Below are positions 7,201 through 17,563 of a stretch of DNA of 32,420 bases, one piece after another. The position numbers and the translations under genes were made by a program. Below the pieces are notes generated by a model. The model saw nothing but the letters and a program-made list of their open reading frames with translations. It was not told the origin of the DNA and made no database searches. The DNA is taken from contig CAZFZI010000002.1 of the NCBI GenBank assembly GCA_964523275.1, positions 3,217 to 35,636 on the forward strand. The letters are read 5' to 3'. The stretch's first letter is position 1; each line of letters begins with the position of its first letter. The stretch comes from an uncultured Candidatus Saccharibacteria bacterium (GTDB lineage Bacteria; Patescibacteriota; Minisyncoccia; Minisyncoccales; UBA5738).

Positions 7201-9309
7201 ATGTCCAGACAAGCTCTCCTTGAAAAAAATCGCAATTTCGGCGTGATCGCCCACATTGATGCCGGCAAGACCACCACTTCCGAGCGTATTTTGTTTTACA
7301 CCGGCTTGTCTCATAAGATCGGCGAAGTTCACGAAGGTGGCGCGATTATGGATTGGATGGAACAAGAGCGCGAGCGGGGGATCACGATTACGTCGGCGGC
7401 AACGACTTGTTTTTGGTCTCCGGGCGAATATTTGAGCAAGCAAAAAACCAACGAACATCGCTTTAATATCATTGACACCCCCGGACATATTGATTTTACC
7501 GCTGAAGTTCAGCGCGCTTTGCGCGTGCTGGATGGCGCGGTGGTGGTTTTTGACGGCGTGGCCGGCGTTCAACCTCAATCCGAAACGGTTTGGCGCCAAG
7601 CGGATAAATACTCGGTGCCGCGAATATGTTTTATAAATAAAATGGATCGGACAGGCGCCAGTTTTGAGCGTAGCTTGCAATCCATTTGGAAAAAATTGAA
7701 TCCCAACGCGGTTGCCGCGAACATTCCGATTGGAGAGGAGGACAAATTGAGCGGCGTGGTGGATTTGCTTCAAATGAAAGCGTTACGATTTAAAGGCGAC
7801 CACGGCCAAGAAGTGGTTGAAGAAGAAATTCCGGCGGACATGGTTAAAATGGCCCAGGAGTGGCGCGCCAAACTGGTGGAAAAGATTGTGGCCGAAGATG
7901 AAGCTTTACTGAATAAATATTTGGCCGGCGAAGAAATCTCTGTTGATGAATTGTGCCAAACTTTGAGAGCCGCGACAATTAAAGGAACGATTATTCCGGT
8001 TTTTTACGGGTCGTCGTTGAAAAACACCGGCGTGCAACCGGTTTTGGACGCGGTTTGTTACTATTTGCCCAGCCCGCTGGATTTGCCTCCGGTGAAGGGA
8101 ATGGAAGTGCGTGGCGAAGGCGAAATTTTGCGCCGGCCTGATGATGACGAACCGTTTACCGCTTTGGCGTTTAAAGTCGCGACCGATCCTTATGTTGGGA
8201 CATTAACATTTTTCCGTGTTTATTCGGGGCGTCTGAAAAAGGGTTCTTATGTGTTAAACACCACCACCGGAGAAAAAGAGCGGGTGGGACGGATGTTGCG
8301 GATGTATTCCAATGACCGCAAGGAAATTGACGAGGTTTGTACCGGCGATATCGCCGCGACGGTGGGTTTGAAAAATACTTTCACCGGGCACACTTTGTGC
8401 GATGAAGATCATCCGATCGTTTTGGAAAGGATCACTTTCCCGGAACCGGTGATTGACATTCGCATTGAGCCGAAGACCAAAGCCGATCAGGAAAAAATGG
8501 GTTTGGCGCTTAAGAAACTTTCCGATGAGGATCCGACCTTTCGCGTTAAATCCGATGAAGAAACCGGTGAAATGATTATCGGCGGTATGGGTGAATTGCA
8601 TTTGGATATTATTGTTGACAGAATGAGGCGCGAATTTAAAGTTGAAGCTGATGTGGGCCGGCCGCAAGTGGCATACAAGGAAACCATTAAAATCAATTCT
8701 GACGCGCAAGGAAAATTCATCAAGCAATCGGGCGGCCGCGGCCAATATGGCGATGTTCATATTCGGCTTGAACCGCAAGAACGCGGCGCGGGGTTTGAAT
8801 TTGTTGATGAGATCAAAGGCGGGGTAATTCCCAAAGAATATATCAGTCCGGCGCGCAAGGGTATTGAAGAGGCAATGGGGAAAGGCGTGGTGGCCGGTTA
8901 TCCGATGGTGGACTTGAAAGCGATTCTGGATGACGGATCATTTCATGAAGTTGATTCCTCGGAAATGGCGTTTAAGATCGCCGGTTCCATGGCGTTGCAA
9001 GCCGCGGCCAAAAAAGCCAATCCGGTTTTGCTTGAGCCGATAATGAAATTGGAAATAACCGTGCCGGAGGAATTTTTCGGCGATGTGATTGGCGATGTTT
9101 CTTCGCGTCGCGGAAAGATTGAAGATACTCAAGATCAGATGGAATCCAAAATTATCAACGTGAAAGTGCCGTTATCGGAAATGTTTGGCTATGCCACAAA
9201 TTTGCGATCGCTCACGCAAGGACGGGGAACATTCACAATGGAATTTGATTATTATGAGGAGGTGCCCGGCAACGTTGCTCAAGAAATTATTTCAGGAAAA
9301 CGAAAGTAG
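7201..9309 (+). CDS. fusA: elongation factor G
   Basis: G1 motif [14 protein letters not shown] and NKMD are present. Length is 702 aa. Synteny is rpsL-rpsG-fusA-tuf. Confidence 0.97.
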   Translation: MSRQALLEKNRNFGVIAHIDAGKTTTSERILFYTGLSHKIGEVHEGGAIMDWMEQERERGITITSAATTCFWSPGEYLSKQKTNEHRFNIIDTPGHIDFTAEVQRALRVLDGAVVVFDGVAGVQPQSETVWRQADKYSVPRICFINKMDRTGASFERSLQSIWKKLNPNAVAANIPIGEEDKLSGVVDLLQMKALRFKGDHGQEVVEEEIPADMVKMAQEWRAKLVEKIVAEDEALLNKYLAGEEISVDELCQTLRAATIKGTIIPVFYGSSLKNTGVQPVLDAVCYYLPSPLDLPPVKGMEVRGEGEILRRPDDDEPFTALAFKVATDPYVGTLTFFRVYSGRLKKGSYVLNTTTGEKERVGRMLRMYSNDRKEIDEVCTGDIAATVGLKNTFTGHTLCDEDHPIVLERITFPEPVIDIRIEPKTKADQEKMGLALKKLSDEDPTFRVKSDEETGEMIIGGMGELHLDIIVDRMRREFKVEADVGRPQVAYKETIKINSDAQGKFIKQSGGRGQYGDVHIRLEPQERGAGFEFVDEIKGGVIPKEYISPARKGIEEAMGKGVVAGYPMVDLKAILDDGSFHEVDSSEMAFKIAGSMALQAAAKKANPVLLEPIMKLEITVPEEFFGDVIGDVSSRRGKIEDTQDQMESKIINVKVPLSEMFGYATNLRSLTQGRGTFTMEFDYYEEVPGNVAQEIISGKRK

Positions 9310-9319
9310 TTCGCGACAT

Positions 9320-9347
9320 TTGACTTTTTCTGAAAAACGAGTAGTAT
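9320..9347 (+). promoter_or_regulatory. candidate internal promoter ahead of tuf (TTGACT-16-TAGTAT)
   Basis: TTGACT lies at 9320-9325 and TAGTAT at 9342-9347 in the 95-nt fusA-tuf spacer. Confidence 0.3.
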
Positions 9348-9404
9348 ATAATTGTTGTTATTTTCATTGATTCTAAATAAATATAAAAAAATAAATAAAA
9401 ACCT

Positions 9405-10604
9405 ATGGCAGAAAAAGAAAAATTCGTCAGAGGCAAGGCCCATTTGAATATTGGCACTATCGGCCATGTTGATCACGGCAAAACCACTTTGAGTGCGGCG
9501 ATTTTGCATTCGTTGGGTTTGAAGGGCAACAAGGTGATGATGAAGTCAATTGATCAAATTGATTCGGCTCCTGAAGAAAAACAGCGGGGAGTAACCATCA
9601 ATATCGCGCATTTGGAATATGAAACCGAAAAAAGGCACTATGCTCACATTGATTGTCCGGGCCATGCCGACTACATTAAGAACATGATTACCGGCGCGGC
9701 GCAAATGGACGGAGGTATTTTGGTGGTTTCGGCCGCGGACGGCGCGATGCCGCAAACCCGAGAACACATTTTGCTGGCGCACCAGGTCGGTTTGCCGGCG
9801 ATGGTTGTTTTTCTGAACAAGTGCGACATGGTGGATGATCCGGAAATGATTGATTTAGTGGAATCCGAAGTGCGCGAGTTGTTGAAAAAATATCACTTTC
9901 CGGGAGACGAAATTCCTTTTGTGCGCGGATCGGCGTTGAAAGCTTTGGAAGGTAAATCCGCCGATGATGAAGCGGTTAAACCGATTCTTGAATTAATGGA
10001 CAAAGTTGATGAATACATCCCCGAACCGGTGCGCGACACCGAAAAGCCGTTTTTGATGGCGGTGGAAGATGTGTTTTCAATCGCGGGCCGCGGCACTGTG
10101 GCCACCGGCAGGATTGAGAGGGGTATTGTAAAGGCTAATGAAGAAGTTGAATTGGTCGGCATCAAGCCCACCACGAAAACCACCGCGGTTTCAATTGAGA
10201 TGTTCCAGAAAATTTTGGATGAGGGCCGCGCGGGCGACAATGTGGGTATTTTGTTGCGCGGATTAAAAAAAGAAGAAGTGGAACGCGGCCAGGTGTTGGC
10301 TAAGACCGGTTCAATCACTCCGCACACTGAATTTCAGTCCGAAGTTTATATTTTGACCAAGGAAGAAGGTGGCCGCCACACTCCGTTTTTCTCCGGCTAC
10401 AAACCGCAGTTTTATGTTCGCACCTGCGATGTTACCGGCGAAGTGACTTTGAATCCCGGAGTGGAGATGGTGATGCCCGGCGATACGGTGACATTCAATG
10501 TCAAATTAATCAATCCGATCGCGCTGGAAGAAAAATCGAAATTTGCCATTCGCGAAGGCGGCAAGACCGTGGGCGCGGGAGTGGTGACTAAAATCGTTAA
10601 ATAA
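9405..10604 (+). CDS. tuf: elongation factor Tu
   Basis: [18 protein letters not shown] and NKCD motifs are present. Length is 399 aa. Confidence 0.97.
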   Translation: MAEKEKFVRGKAHLNIGTIGHVDHGKTTLSAAILHSLGLKGNKVMMKSIDQIDSAPEEKQRGVTINIAHLEYETEKRHYAHIDCPGHADYIKNMITGAAQMDGGILVVSAADGAMPQTREHILLAHQVGLPAMVVFLNKCDMVDDPEMIDLVESEVRELLKKYHFPGDEIPFVRGSALKALEGKSADDEAVKPILELMDKVDEYIPEPVRDTEKPFLMAVEDVFSIAGRGTVATGRIERGIVKANEEVELVGIKPTTKTTAVSIEMFQKILDEGRAGDNVGILLRGLKKEEVERGQVLAKTGSITPHTEFQSEVYILTKEEGGRHTPFFSGYKPQFYVRTCDVTGEVTLNPGVEMVMPGDTVTFNVKLINPIALEEKSKFAIREGGKTVGAGVVTKIVK

Positions 10605-10670
10605 ATAATTTTAAGAGAAATTCCAAAAGCGCCATTTCAAAAATGGAGGCGGGAAATTCAAAGCAGAAAG

Positions 10671-11021
10671 ATGGCAATCGCGACTACAAAGAAAAATAAA
10701 GATATAAAAGAGGCCGCTCGTCCCAAATTGAGAATTAAACTGCGGGCATACGACCACAAGGTGATTGATAGCTGTACCAAGCAGATTATTGAAACAATCA
10801 GCCGGTATGGCGCCGAAATCTTGGGGCCGATTCCTTTGCCGATTGAAATTCACAAATATACGGTTAATCGGTCAACGTTCGTGCATAAAGACGCGCGCGA
10901 GCAGTTTGAAATTCGGGTGCATAAGCGATTGTTGGACATTATGAATCCGACGCCAAAGATTATTGATTCTTTGCGCAATTTGACTTTGCCCGCCGGAGTG
11001 GATATTGAGATTAAGATGTGA
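10671..11021 (+). CDS. rpsJ: 30S ribosomal protein S10
   Basis: LRIKLRAYDHKVID...GPIPLP...FEIRVHKRLLDI is diagnostic for S10. The gene ends with a TGA stop. Confidence 0.95.
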   Translation: MAIATTKKNKDIKEAARPKLRIKLRAYDHKVIDSCTKQIIETISRYGAEILGPIPLPIEIHKYTVNRSTFVHKDAREQFEIRVHKRLLDIMNPTPKIIDSLRNLTLPAGVDIEIKM

Positions 11022-11071
11022 TCTGTTTTTGGAATTTTGAACAAGAAAAAAATCAGAGATATAGCCGTTAA

Positions 11072-11096
11072 GAAAGCCGGTCTATGCCCGGTTTTC
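11072..11096 (+). other. 9-bp hairpin with U-rich tail between rpsJ and rplC (attenuator/terminator-like)
   Basis: gaaagccgg (11072-11080) pairs with ccggttttc (11088-11096), with one G:T and a 7-nt loop. It is followed by tattgctttt. Confidence 0.35.
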
Positions 11097-11142
11097 TATT
11101 GCTTTTAAAGAATTAAACCAGAAAATTTAGAGTGTTGAATAT

Positions 11143-11742
11143 ATGAAATTTATTTTGGGGAAAAAAATCGGAATGACGGAAATTTTTGCCGATGACGGTA
11201 AGAAGATTCCGGTAACGATAATCCAAGCCGGGCCTTGCGCGGTTACGCAGTTGAAAACCATTGAAAAGGACGGCTATTTTTCGGTGCAAATCGGTTTTGA
11301 AGAAATCGCTGAAAAAAGAATCAAAAAAAGCCGGGCCCGAAAACCTTTCCGTTTTTTGAAAGAATACCGCCAACAAGATGGCGCGTCCGAATTAAAGGCG
11401 GGAGATCTTGTGCGGGTTGCTGATTTCAAGGAAGGGGATACGGTGAAAGTCGCCGGTATTTCCAAGGGAAAGGGATTTCAGGGCGCGGTGAAAAAGCACG
11501 GCTTCAAAGGAAGGCAAACTTGTACTCACGGCACCAAACATGAATTGCGCAACGTTGGTTCGGTGGGAATGGGTGAAGCTTCAATCCGCAAAGGAAGAAA
11601 AATGCCGGGGAGAATGGGCGCCGAAAGAATAACTGTTAAAAATTTGAAAGTTTTTAAAGTTGATTTAGAGAAAAATTTAATGGCGATCAGAGGAGCGGTT
11701 CCCGGACACAAAGGAACGTTGCTTGAAATCAGAGGAAATTAG
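11143..11742 (+). CDS. rplC: 50S ribosomal protein L3
   Basis: ILGKKIGMT, GISKGKGFQG and PGRMG motifs are present. Confidence 0.95.
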   Translation: MKFILGKKIGMTEIFADDGKKIPVTIIQAGPCAVTQLKTIEKDGYFSVQIGFEEIAEKRIKKSRARKPFRFLKEYRQQDGASELKAGDLVRVADFKEGDTVKVAGISKGKGFQGAVKKHGFKGRQTCTHGTKHELRNVGSVGMGEASIRKGRKMPGRMGAERITVKNLKVFKVDLEKNLMAIRGAVPGHKGTLLEIRGN

Positions 11743-11885
11743 AAAATCAAATTATAAATAATAAATTATAAACAAAATCAAAATCTTAAATTATAAATCT
11801 AAAAAAATAACATGTATTCCGTTTTAAATTTTGATTTTAAATTTTGATTTTGTTTATAATTGGATTTTAAATTTTGATTTTTGAG
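11743..11885. repeat. type A' palindromic intergenic cassette (copy A6)
   Basis: It shares ataaacaaaatcaaaatc / ttttgattttgtttataattg with copy A4. Apex is tgtattccgtttt. It starts right after the rplC TAG. Confidence 0.8.
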
Positions 11886-11893
11886 ATATTTTT

Positions 11894-12604
11894 ATGGAAG
11901 CTGTAATCTATAATCAAAAAGGGGAAAAAACCAAAACGATGGAATTACCCAAAAATATTTTTGAGGTTAAGACCAATGCGGATTTGGTTTATCAGGTGGC
12001 AACGACCCAAGCGGCTAATCGACGCCAAGTGACGGCGCACACCAAAGATCGGAGCGAAGTGTCGGGCGGCGGCAAAAAACCTTGGCGACAGAAGGGCACC
12101 GGCCGATCGCGCCACGGGTCCACTCGATCGCCGATTTGGCGTCATGGCGGCGTTGCGTTTGGTCCCAGAAACGATAAAGTTTACGGCGGTAAAATCAACA
12201 AAAAAATGCGCCGCAAGGCCTTGGCGATGATTTTATCGGCAAAAGCTTCAGCCGGAACGATGATGTTGCTTGACTCTCTTGAGACCGATCAGCCCAAGAC
12301 CAAGCAAGCGGTTCAAATTTTGGAAGCGGTGAAAAAGAACAATGCCAATTTCCAAAAGGGGAAAATCCTGATTGCTTTGTCCGGAATTGAAAAAAACATG
12401 GTATTGGCCGGAAGAAATATTCCCGGAGTGGAAACGGTTGAAGCGGTTAAATTGAATGTGCTTGATTTACTTAACTTTAAATGTCTTTTGATGCCCGCCG
12501 AATCAATAGAGGCGATTGCCGGAATTTTTGGAAAGGGCGGGGAGGTTAAAGAAAAACAAACCAAGACGGTGGCAAAAAAGCAAAAGTCCGCAGAAGAGAA
12601 CTAA
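11894..12604 (+). CDS. rplD: 50S ribosomal protein L4 (with Lys/Glu-rich C-terminal tail)
   Basis: SGGGKKPWRQKGTGRSRHGS motif is present. Synteny supports the call. Confidence 0.95.
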   Translation: MEAVIYNQKGEKTKTMELPKNIFEVKTNADLVYQVATTQAANRRQVTAHTKDRSEVSGGGKKPWRQKGTGRSRHGSTRSPIWRHGGVAFGPRNDKVYGGKINKKMRRKALAMILSAKASAGTMMLLDSLETDQPKTKQAVQILEAVKKNNANFQKGKILIALSGIEKNMVLAGRNIPGVETVEAVKLNVLDLLNFKCLLMPAESIEAIAGIFGKGGEVKEKQTKTVAKKQKSAEEN

Positions 12605-12613
12605 AAAATAGCT

Positions 12614-13012
12614 ATGGCGATTACTGACATTTTTAAAAAAGAATCCGAAAAAAAATCCGCGGTTAAGGTTGAGGAAAAACCGGTTGCGGTCAAGAAGAAG
12701 GCCGCTACGAAACCTGCCTCCAAAAACAGCGGGCGGGCGGTGCGGGTTTTGATTCATGCCCACATTACTGAAAAAGCTTCAACTTTATCGGATGTCAATC
12801 AATACGTTTTTAAGGTTGCCAAATCAGCCAACAAAAAAGAGATTGCGCGCGCGGTGGAAGAATATTATCAGGTAAAGGCAATCGGTGTGAATGTGATCAA
12901 TGTTTGCGGCAAGCGCCGGCGAAATCGCCACGGTATATTTCTTGAACCGGGATATCGCAAAGCAATTGTGAAGATCGAAAAAGGGCAAACGATTGAAATT
13001 ATGCCCAAATAA
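12614..13012 (+). CDS. rplW: 50S ribosomal protein L23 (with about 40-aa basic N-terminal extension)
   Basis: HITEKAS...YVFKV...ANKKEI...VE..Y.VK core is present. Synteny supports the call. Confidence 0.9.
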   Translation: MAITDIFKKESEKKSAVKVEEKPVAVKKKAATKPASKNSGRAVRVLIHAHITEKASTLSDVNQYVFKVAKSANKKEIARAVEEYYQVKAIGVNVINVCGKRRRNRHGIFLEPGYRKAIVKIEKGQTIEIMPK

Positions 13013-13137
13013 AAAAATAAAAGCTCAAAAATCAAAATTAAAAATGACAATGTAAGTTAAGAATTGGACAATTTTAAAATTTTTTAATTTTGAATTTTGA
13101 ACTGCCATTTTGATTTTTAAATTTTAAACTTTAAATT
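13013..13137. repeat. type C palindromic intergenic cassette (copy C1)
   Basis: aaaaatcaaaat (left) pairs with attttgattttt (right). The right end tttaaattttaaactttaaattaac runs up to the GTG start. Confidence 0.7.
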
Positions 13138-13140
13138 AAC

Positions 13141-13914
13141 GTGAAATCCATTTTAACCAAAAAAAAGCCGGAAAAACACTTGTTAAGGCCGTTGAAAAAC
13201 AAAGCGGGCCGGAATTTTACCGGGAGAATCACCGTGCGCCATCGTGGCAAGGGCGTGAAAAAGATGTATCGCGTGGTTGATTTCGGACAGGAGAAATTGG
13301 GAATTGCCGGCAAAGTTTCCGCGCTGGAATACGACCCCAATCGCACTGCTTATTTGGCGTTGGTCCAATATCAAGACGGAAGCCGGCGATATATTTTGGC
13401 AATTGATGAAATGACGGTGGGGAGCGAGGTGGTTTGCGAGGATGGCGCGCCGGTGAAAATCGGTAATCGCGCGATGTTGAAAAATATTCCCGTGGGTACT
13501 GAAGTTTGCAACATTGAATTGCAGCCAGGCAAGGGAGGCCAGATGGTTCGCTCAGCGGGTACGGCGGCGAAAGTGATGGCAAGCGAAGGCAAGTTTGTGC
13601 AATTGCAGATGCCTTCCAAGGAGATCCGCCGGGTTGTTGCTGAATGTTTTGCCACGATCGGCAAGATTTCGCATCCGGAGCATCGCTTTGAAGATTATGG
13701 CAATGCGGGGGCTAAGCGCCGCAAAGGATGGCGGCCCACCGTGCGCGGTTCGGCGATGAATCCCTGTGATCATCCGCACGGCGGCGGCGAAGGCAGAACC
13801 GGTATTGGTTTGAAGGGCCCAAAAACACCGTGGGGCAAACCGGCTTTGGGGGTGAAAACCCGCAATCGCAACAAGTGGACAAGCAAAATGATAATCAAAA
13901 GGAGAAAGAAGTAA
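13141..13914 (+). CDS. rplB: 50S ribosomal protein L2 (GTG start)
   Basis: GRNFTGRITVRHRGKG, MNPCDHPHGGGEGRT are present. A stop codon lies just upstream in frame, so the GTG at 13141 is the first possible start. Confidence 0.93.
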   Translation: MKSILTKKKPEKHLLRPLKNKAGRNFTGRITVRHRGKGVKKMYRVVDFGQEKLGIAGKVSALEYDPNRTAYLALVQYQDGSRRYILAIDEMTVGSEVVCEDGAPVKIGNRAMLKNIPVGTEVCNIELQPGKGGQMVRSAGTAAKVMASEGKFVQLQMPSKEIRRVVAECFATIGKISHPEHRFEDYGNAGAKRRKGWRPTVRGSAMNPCDHPHGGGEGRTGIGLKGPKTPWGKPALGVKTRNRNKWTSKMIIKRRKK

Positions 13915-14068
13915 AAATCATAAATAAAATCCAAAACACTAAATCCTAAATCCTAAACAAATCCAAAATCCAAAATCAAAAATTCAAAGTAGTTCATATT
14001 CTCTGTTTTGAATTTGGAAATTTGAGTTTTGAATTTGTTTGGGATTTGGAAATTAGAAATTAGAATTT
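13915..14068. repeat. type A palindromic intergenic cassette (copy A8)
   Basis: Left arm is aaatcctaaatcctaaacaaatccaaaatccaaaatcaaaaattcaaa. Right arm is tttgaatttggaaatttgagttttgaatttgtttgggatttgg. A 38-nt arm alignment differs mostly by transitions. Confidence 0.85.
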
Positions 14069-14077
14069 ATTTGAAAT

Positions 14078-14368
14078 ATGGCTCGGAGTTTAAAAAAAGG
14101 TCCTTTCGTGGACGAAAAGTTAATGGAAAAAGTCAAAAAAGGCGGTAGTGTCGTCATTAAGACTTGGTCGCGCCGAAGCACGATTGTTCCCGAGATGATC
14201 GGAATGGTTTTCGCGGTGCATAACGGCAAGGAATTTATCACGGTCAAGCCCAATGAAGATATGGTGGGGCACAAGCTGGGAGAGTTTTCGCCGACGACCA
14301 AGTTCCATCGCCACGGAGGCAAAATGCAGAAAGAATTGGAAGCCAAGCAAGCAGGGGCAAAAAAATAG
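14078..14368 (+). CDS. rpsS: 30S ribosomal protein S19
   Basis: [12 protein letters not shown]... and VHNGK.F..V motifs are present. Confidence 0.95.
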   Translation: MARSLKKGPFVDEKLMEKVKKGGSVVIKTWSRRSTIVPEMIGMVFAVHNGKEFITVKPNEDMVGHKLGEFSPTTKFHRHGGKMQKELEAKQAGAKK

Positions 14369-14454
14369 CGCAAAGCCAAAAGCGCAAAGCGCAAAGCCAA
14401 AATGCGGATTTCGTATTTTCGCTTTACACTCTTCGCTTTACACTTTAAGTTTTT
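14365..14454. repeat. type B (GCGCAAAG) palindromic cassette, copy B1
   Basis: tagcgcaaagccaaaagcgcaaagcgcaaagcc ... cgctttacactcttcgctttacactttaag. The first unit overlaps the rpsS TAG stop. It ends 3 nt before the rplV ATG. Confidence 0.85.
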
Positions 14455-14457
14455 ATT

Positions 14458-14859
14458 ATGTCAATCACGGTTAAATTGAGACAATTGAAAATCACCGCTC
14501 GGAAAACGCGTTTGGTGGCGGATTTGGTGAGGTATAAAACAACAGGCGAGGCTGAGGCGCTTTTGAGATTTACTCCCAAAAAAGCCAGCTTGCCGTTGTT
14601 GAAATTATTGCGGTCGGCGATGGCGGCCGCCAAAAATACTTACAAACTTGATCCCGGAGATTTCTATATTGCCAAATTGACGGTTGATGACGGGCCGATG
14701 CAAGAAAGAGTTTTCCCTCGTTCGCGTGGAAGGGCTGATAAGATTCAAAAACGGACTTCCCACATTACTCTTACATTGGAACAAAAAGAAACAAAGAAAC
14801 GGAGCGATAAGCTGAAAGCCGCAAAAGAAGACAAAAAAGAAGACAAAGAGGATAATTAG
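14458..14859 (+). CDS. rplV: 50S ribosomal protein L22 (Lys/Glu-rich C-terminal tail)
   Basis: ITARKTRLVADLVR...A..LL.F.PKKAS core is present. Synteny supports the call. Confidence 0.93.
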   Translation: MSITVKLRQLKITARKTRLVADLVRYKTTGEAEALLRFTPKKASLPLLKLLRSAMAAAKNTYKLDPGDFYIAKLTVDDGPMQERVFPRSRGRADKIQKRTSHITLTLEQKETKKRSDKLKAAKEDKKEDKEDN

Positions 14860-14903
14860 GAAAAAAGTAAATTTTTGAAAGTGAATAATTTTTAAATTGA
14901 AAC

Positions 14904-15557
14904 ATGGCACACAAGGTTCACCCAAAAGCATTTAGAATAAAAGACGTTTCCGGATGGTATTCCCGCGGATACTATGAAAAGAATTTTTCCAAGCTGTTGG
15001 AAGAAGATTTTATGATAAGGGAGTTTCTTCACCGCCGTTTGGCGAGTATCGGTATTTCCGAGGTGGAGATTGAGCGGTTTCCCGGCAAAATCAGCGTGGC
15101 GATTTCTTGCGTTCGGCCGGGGCTGATTATCGGTCGGCAGGGACAGGGGATTGAAGAGTTGCGCAAGAAATTGCAGAAAATAATTATTGGGAAAAGCACA
15201 CAAAAAAAAGATAATGCCGATTTGCGGGTTGAGGTAAGGGAAATTGCCAATCCTTGGGCGTCTTCGTCCTATATCGGGCAATCTGTCGCGTCGCAGATAG
15301 AAAGAAGAATGCCATACTTAAAAGTTATAAAGCAAGTGATGGAAAAGGCGATGGCATCGCGAGAGGTTCAGGGCGTGCGGGTGCAGGTTTCCGGAAGGCT
15401 GAACGGCGTGGAAATTGCGCGGACGGCATGGTTGGCCAAGGGGCGTTTACCGAGGCAAACCATCAGGGCCGACATTGATTACGCGATCACCGAAGCTCAT
15501 TGCACTTATGGCGTAATTGGAATCAAAGTTTGGGTTTATAAAGGGGACAAGGTATAA
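14904..15557 (+). CDS. rpsC: 30S ribosomal protein S3
   Basis: MAHKVHPKAFR..., KH-domain GRQGQGIEELRK. Confidence 0.95.
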   Translation: MAHKVHPKAFRIKDVSGWYSRGYYEKNFSKLLEEDFMIREFLHRRLASIGISEVEIERFPGKISVAISCVRPGLIIGRQGQGIEELRKKLQKIIIGKSTQKKDNADLRVEVREIANPWASSSYIGQSVASQIERRMPYLKVIKQVMEKAMASREVQGVRVQVSGRLNGVEIARTAWLAKGRLPRQTIRADIDYAITEAHCTYGVIGIKVWVYKGDKV

Positions 15558-15678
15558 AAAATCAAAATTGAAAAATCAAAAATTAAAATTAAGGAATTAT
15601 TATATATATATCGTTGAAATTTTTGAAAAAATTTCAATACCAAAACTTTAAACTTTGATTTTTTAACTTTAAATTTGG
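15556..15678. repeat. type C palindromic intergenic cassette (copy C2)
   Basis: It starts aaaaaatcaaaattgaaaaatca, overlapping the AA of the rpsC TAA. It has an inner 10-bp AT hairpin at 15614-15637. The right end is tttaactttaaatttggaat before the ATG. Confidence 0.8.
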
Positions 15679-15681
15679 AAT

Positions 15682-16104
15682 ATGTCTTTATTGATGCCGA
15701 AAAAAATAAAACATCGCAAATGGCAGAAAGGCCGCCGAAGAGGCGTCGGTCTTTCTTATCGTGGCGCGGAATTGAATTATGGCAGTTTTGGACTGAAAGC
15801 GATGGAGGAAAAATGGATAACTTCTCGCCAAATTGAAGCGGCGCGTCGTGCGATTCTGAGGTACTTGAAAAAAGGAGGAAAGATGTGGATTCGGATTTTT
15901 CCGGACAAACCGGTGACCAGCAAGGGGGAAGAAGTGCCTCTGGGCGGTGGCAAGGGTGGAGTTGATCACTACGCGTTTGTGGTGAAGCCCGGCCGGATAA
16001 TGTATGAATTGGATGGCATCAAAGAAGATTTGGCACGCCAAGCGCTTGAAAAAGCCGGTGATAAATTGCCAATCAGGGTTAAATTTGTGAAGAAAGAGTT
16101 TTGA
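15682..16104 (+). CDS. rplP: 50S ribosomal protein L16
   Basis: [19 protein letters not shown]-terminus is present. The gene ends with a TGA stop. Confidence 0.95.
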   Translation: MSLLMPKKIKHRKWQKGRRRGVGLSYRGAELNYGSFGLKAMEEKWITSRQIEAARRAILRYLKKGGKMWIRIFPDKPVTSKGEEVPLGGGKGGVDHYAFVVKPGRIMYELDGIKEDLARQALEKAGDKLPIRVKFVKKEF

Positions 16105-16123
16105 ATAAAATAACGCAACATTG

Positions 16124-16306
16124 ATGAAAACATCGGAATTACGCCAAAAAAATAATCAGGAGTTAAATCAATTATTGGAAGAGCGGCTGACCAAGCTGGC
16201 CGGTTTGAAATTTGATTTGGCGGGCGGAAAAGTGAAAAATTTGAAAGAAATCCGCCAAACCAAGCTTGATATCGCACGTATTAAAACTTTGCAAAGAGAA
16301 AGTTAA
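16124..16306 (+). CDS. rpmC: 50S ribosomal protein L29
   Basis: [20 protein letters not shown]...[13 protein letters not shown]. The ATG at 16124 is preferred over the TTG at 16121. Confidence 0.9.
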   Translation: MKTSELRQKNNQELNQLLEERLTKLAGLKFDLAGGKVKNLKEIRQTKLDIARIKTLQRES

Positions 16307-16380
16307 AAAGCGAAAAACTAAAAGCGCAAAGCGCAAAGCAAAAATACGAATCCGTATTCCTGCTTTACGCTTTAAGTTTA
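16304..16380. repeat. type B (GCGCAAAG) palindromic cassette, copy B2
   Basis: taaaaagcgaaaaactaaaagcgcaaagcgcaaagcaaaaatacgaatccgtattcctgctttacgctttaag. It runs from the rpmC TAA to the rpsQ ATG. Confidence 0.85.
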
Positions 16381-16382
16381 TT

Positions 16383-16694
16383 ATGAAGCATCAATTAACA
16401 GGAAAAATAGTTTCTGACAAAATGGATAAAACCGTTGTGGTTTTGGTGGAGCGGCTTAAAGAGCATCCCAAATACCGCCGGCGTTATAAAGTGAGCAAAA
16501 AATACAAAGCTCATGACGAAAAAGGCGAGTACAAGATTGGCGATGTGGTGGTGATTGAGGAGTGCCGTCCGATCTCGGCGGATAAACGCTGGAAGGTGGT
16601 TAAAGAGGTTGTTGCCGCGGAGGTCAAAGACAAAGAAAGCAAAAACAAGAAAGGGAAAAAAGAGGGAGATCAAGACCAAGATAAGGAAGAATAA
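16383..16694 (+). CDS. rpsQ: 30S ribosomal protein S17 (acidic/basic C-terminal tail)
   Basis: [16 protein letters not shown]...HPKY.R......K..AHDE is present. The start was moved to the ATG at 16383, because the ORF-track start reads through cassette B2. Confidence 0.93.
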   Translation: MKHQLTGKIVSDKMDKTVVVLVERLKEHPKYRRRYKVSKKYKAHDEKGEYKIGDVVVIEECRPISADKRWKVVKEVVAAEVKDKESKNKKGKKEGDQDQDKEE

Positions 16695-16779
16695 GGCGGC
16701 GGCATTGCATTTTTTTGCGATTTATAGTATATAAAAAAAGTTGCGGCGATTTTTGAAATTTTAGATTCAAACTCAAAAT

Positions 16780-17151
16780 ATGATTCAATTGAGGACAATG
16801 TTAAAGGTGGCGGATAACAGTGGCGGCAAGATCGTTCAGTGTTTTCATGTTGCCGGCGGAACGAGACGCAGGTATGCGGCAGTGGGGGATGTGATAATGG
16901 GCGCGGTGAAAGAGGCTGAGCCGCGAAAAGGAGTTAAAAAACACGATAAAGTGCGCGCGGTGATTGTCCGGCAAAGAAAGGAATACAAGCGTTCCGACGG
17001 CACTTATGTGCGTTTTGATGATAATGCCTGTGTGATTTTGGAAGGCAAAAGCAAAGAGCCCAAAGGCGGCCGTATTTTTGGGCCGGTGGCAAAAGAATTG
17101 AAAGTGAAGGGTTATGATAAGATTGCGGCGATAGCCAAAGAGCTGGTTTAA
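16780..17151 (+). CDS. rplN: 50S ribosomal protein L14
   Basis: MIQLRTMLKVADNSGGK N-terminus is present. Confidence 0.95.
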   Translation: MIQLRTMLKVADNSGGKIVQCFHVAGGTRRRYAAVGDVIMGAVKEAEPRKGVKKHDKVRAVIVRQRKEYKRSDGTYVRFDDNACVILEGKSKEPKGGRIFGPVAKELKVKGYDKIAAIAKELV

Positions 17152-17237
17152 AAGCGCAAAACTAAAAGCGCAAAGCGCAAAGCAAAAATACGAATTCGTA
17201 TTCCTGCTTTACTCTTTACACTTTACACTTTAAGTTT
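17149..17237. repeat. type B (GCGCAAAG) palindromic cassette, copy B3
   Basis: taaaagcgcaaaactaaaagcgcaaagcgcaaagcaaaaatacgaattcgtattcctgctttactctttacactttacactttaag. The apex aatacgaattcgtatt is a perfect 16-nt palindrome. Confidence 0.9.
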
Positions 17238-17239
17238 TT

Positions 17240-17563
17240 ATGAAGATTATTAAAGGCGACAATGTGTTAATAATATCCGGAAAAGACCGCGCGAAAACGG
17301 GAAAAGTGTTAAAATCTTTACCCAAGTTTGGCCGTGTTGTGGTGGAAGGCGTTAATATCGTCAAAAAAAGCCAGCGGCCCCGCCAGCAAGGGCAAAAAGG
17401 GCAGATTGTTTCCTTTTCCAAGCCGATTGATGTATCAAACGTGAAGTTGCTGTGTTCCAAATGCGGCAAGCCCACGCGAGTGGGTTACAGGGCGATGGAA
17501 GGTGAAAAAACCGGCCAAACGAAATCGGTGCGCGTTTGCAAGAAATGTTCGGCGGAAATCTAA
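17240..17563 (+). CDS. rplX: 50S ribosomal protein L24 (C-terminal CxxC...CxxC)
   Basis: MKIIKGDNVLIISGKDRAKTGKV (KOW motif) is present. The C-terminus carries CSKCGKPTRVGY...CKKC. Confidence 0.93.
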   Translation: MKIIKGDNVLIISGKDRAKTGKVLKSLPKFGRVVVEGVNIVKKSQRPRQQGQKGQIVSFSKPIDVSNVKLLCSKCGKPTRVGYRAMEGEKTGQTKSVRVCKKCSAEI

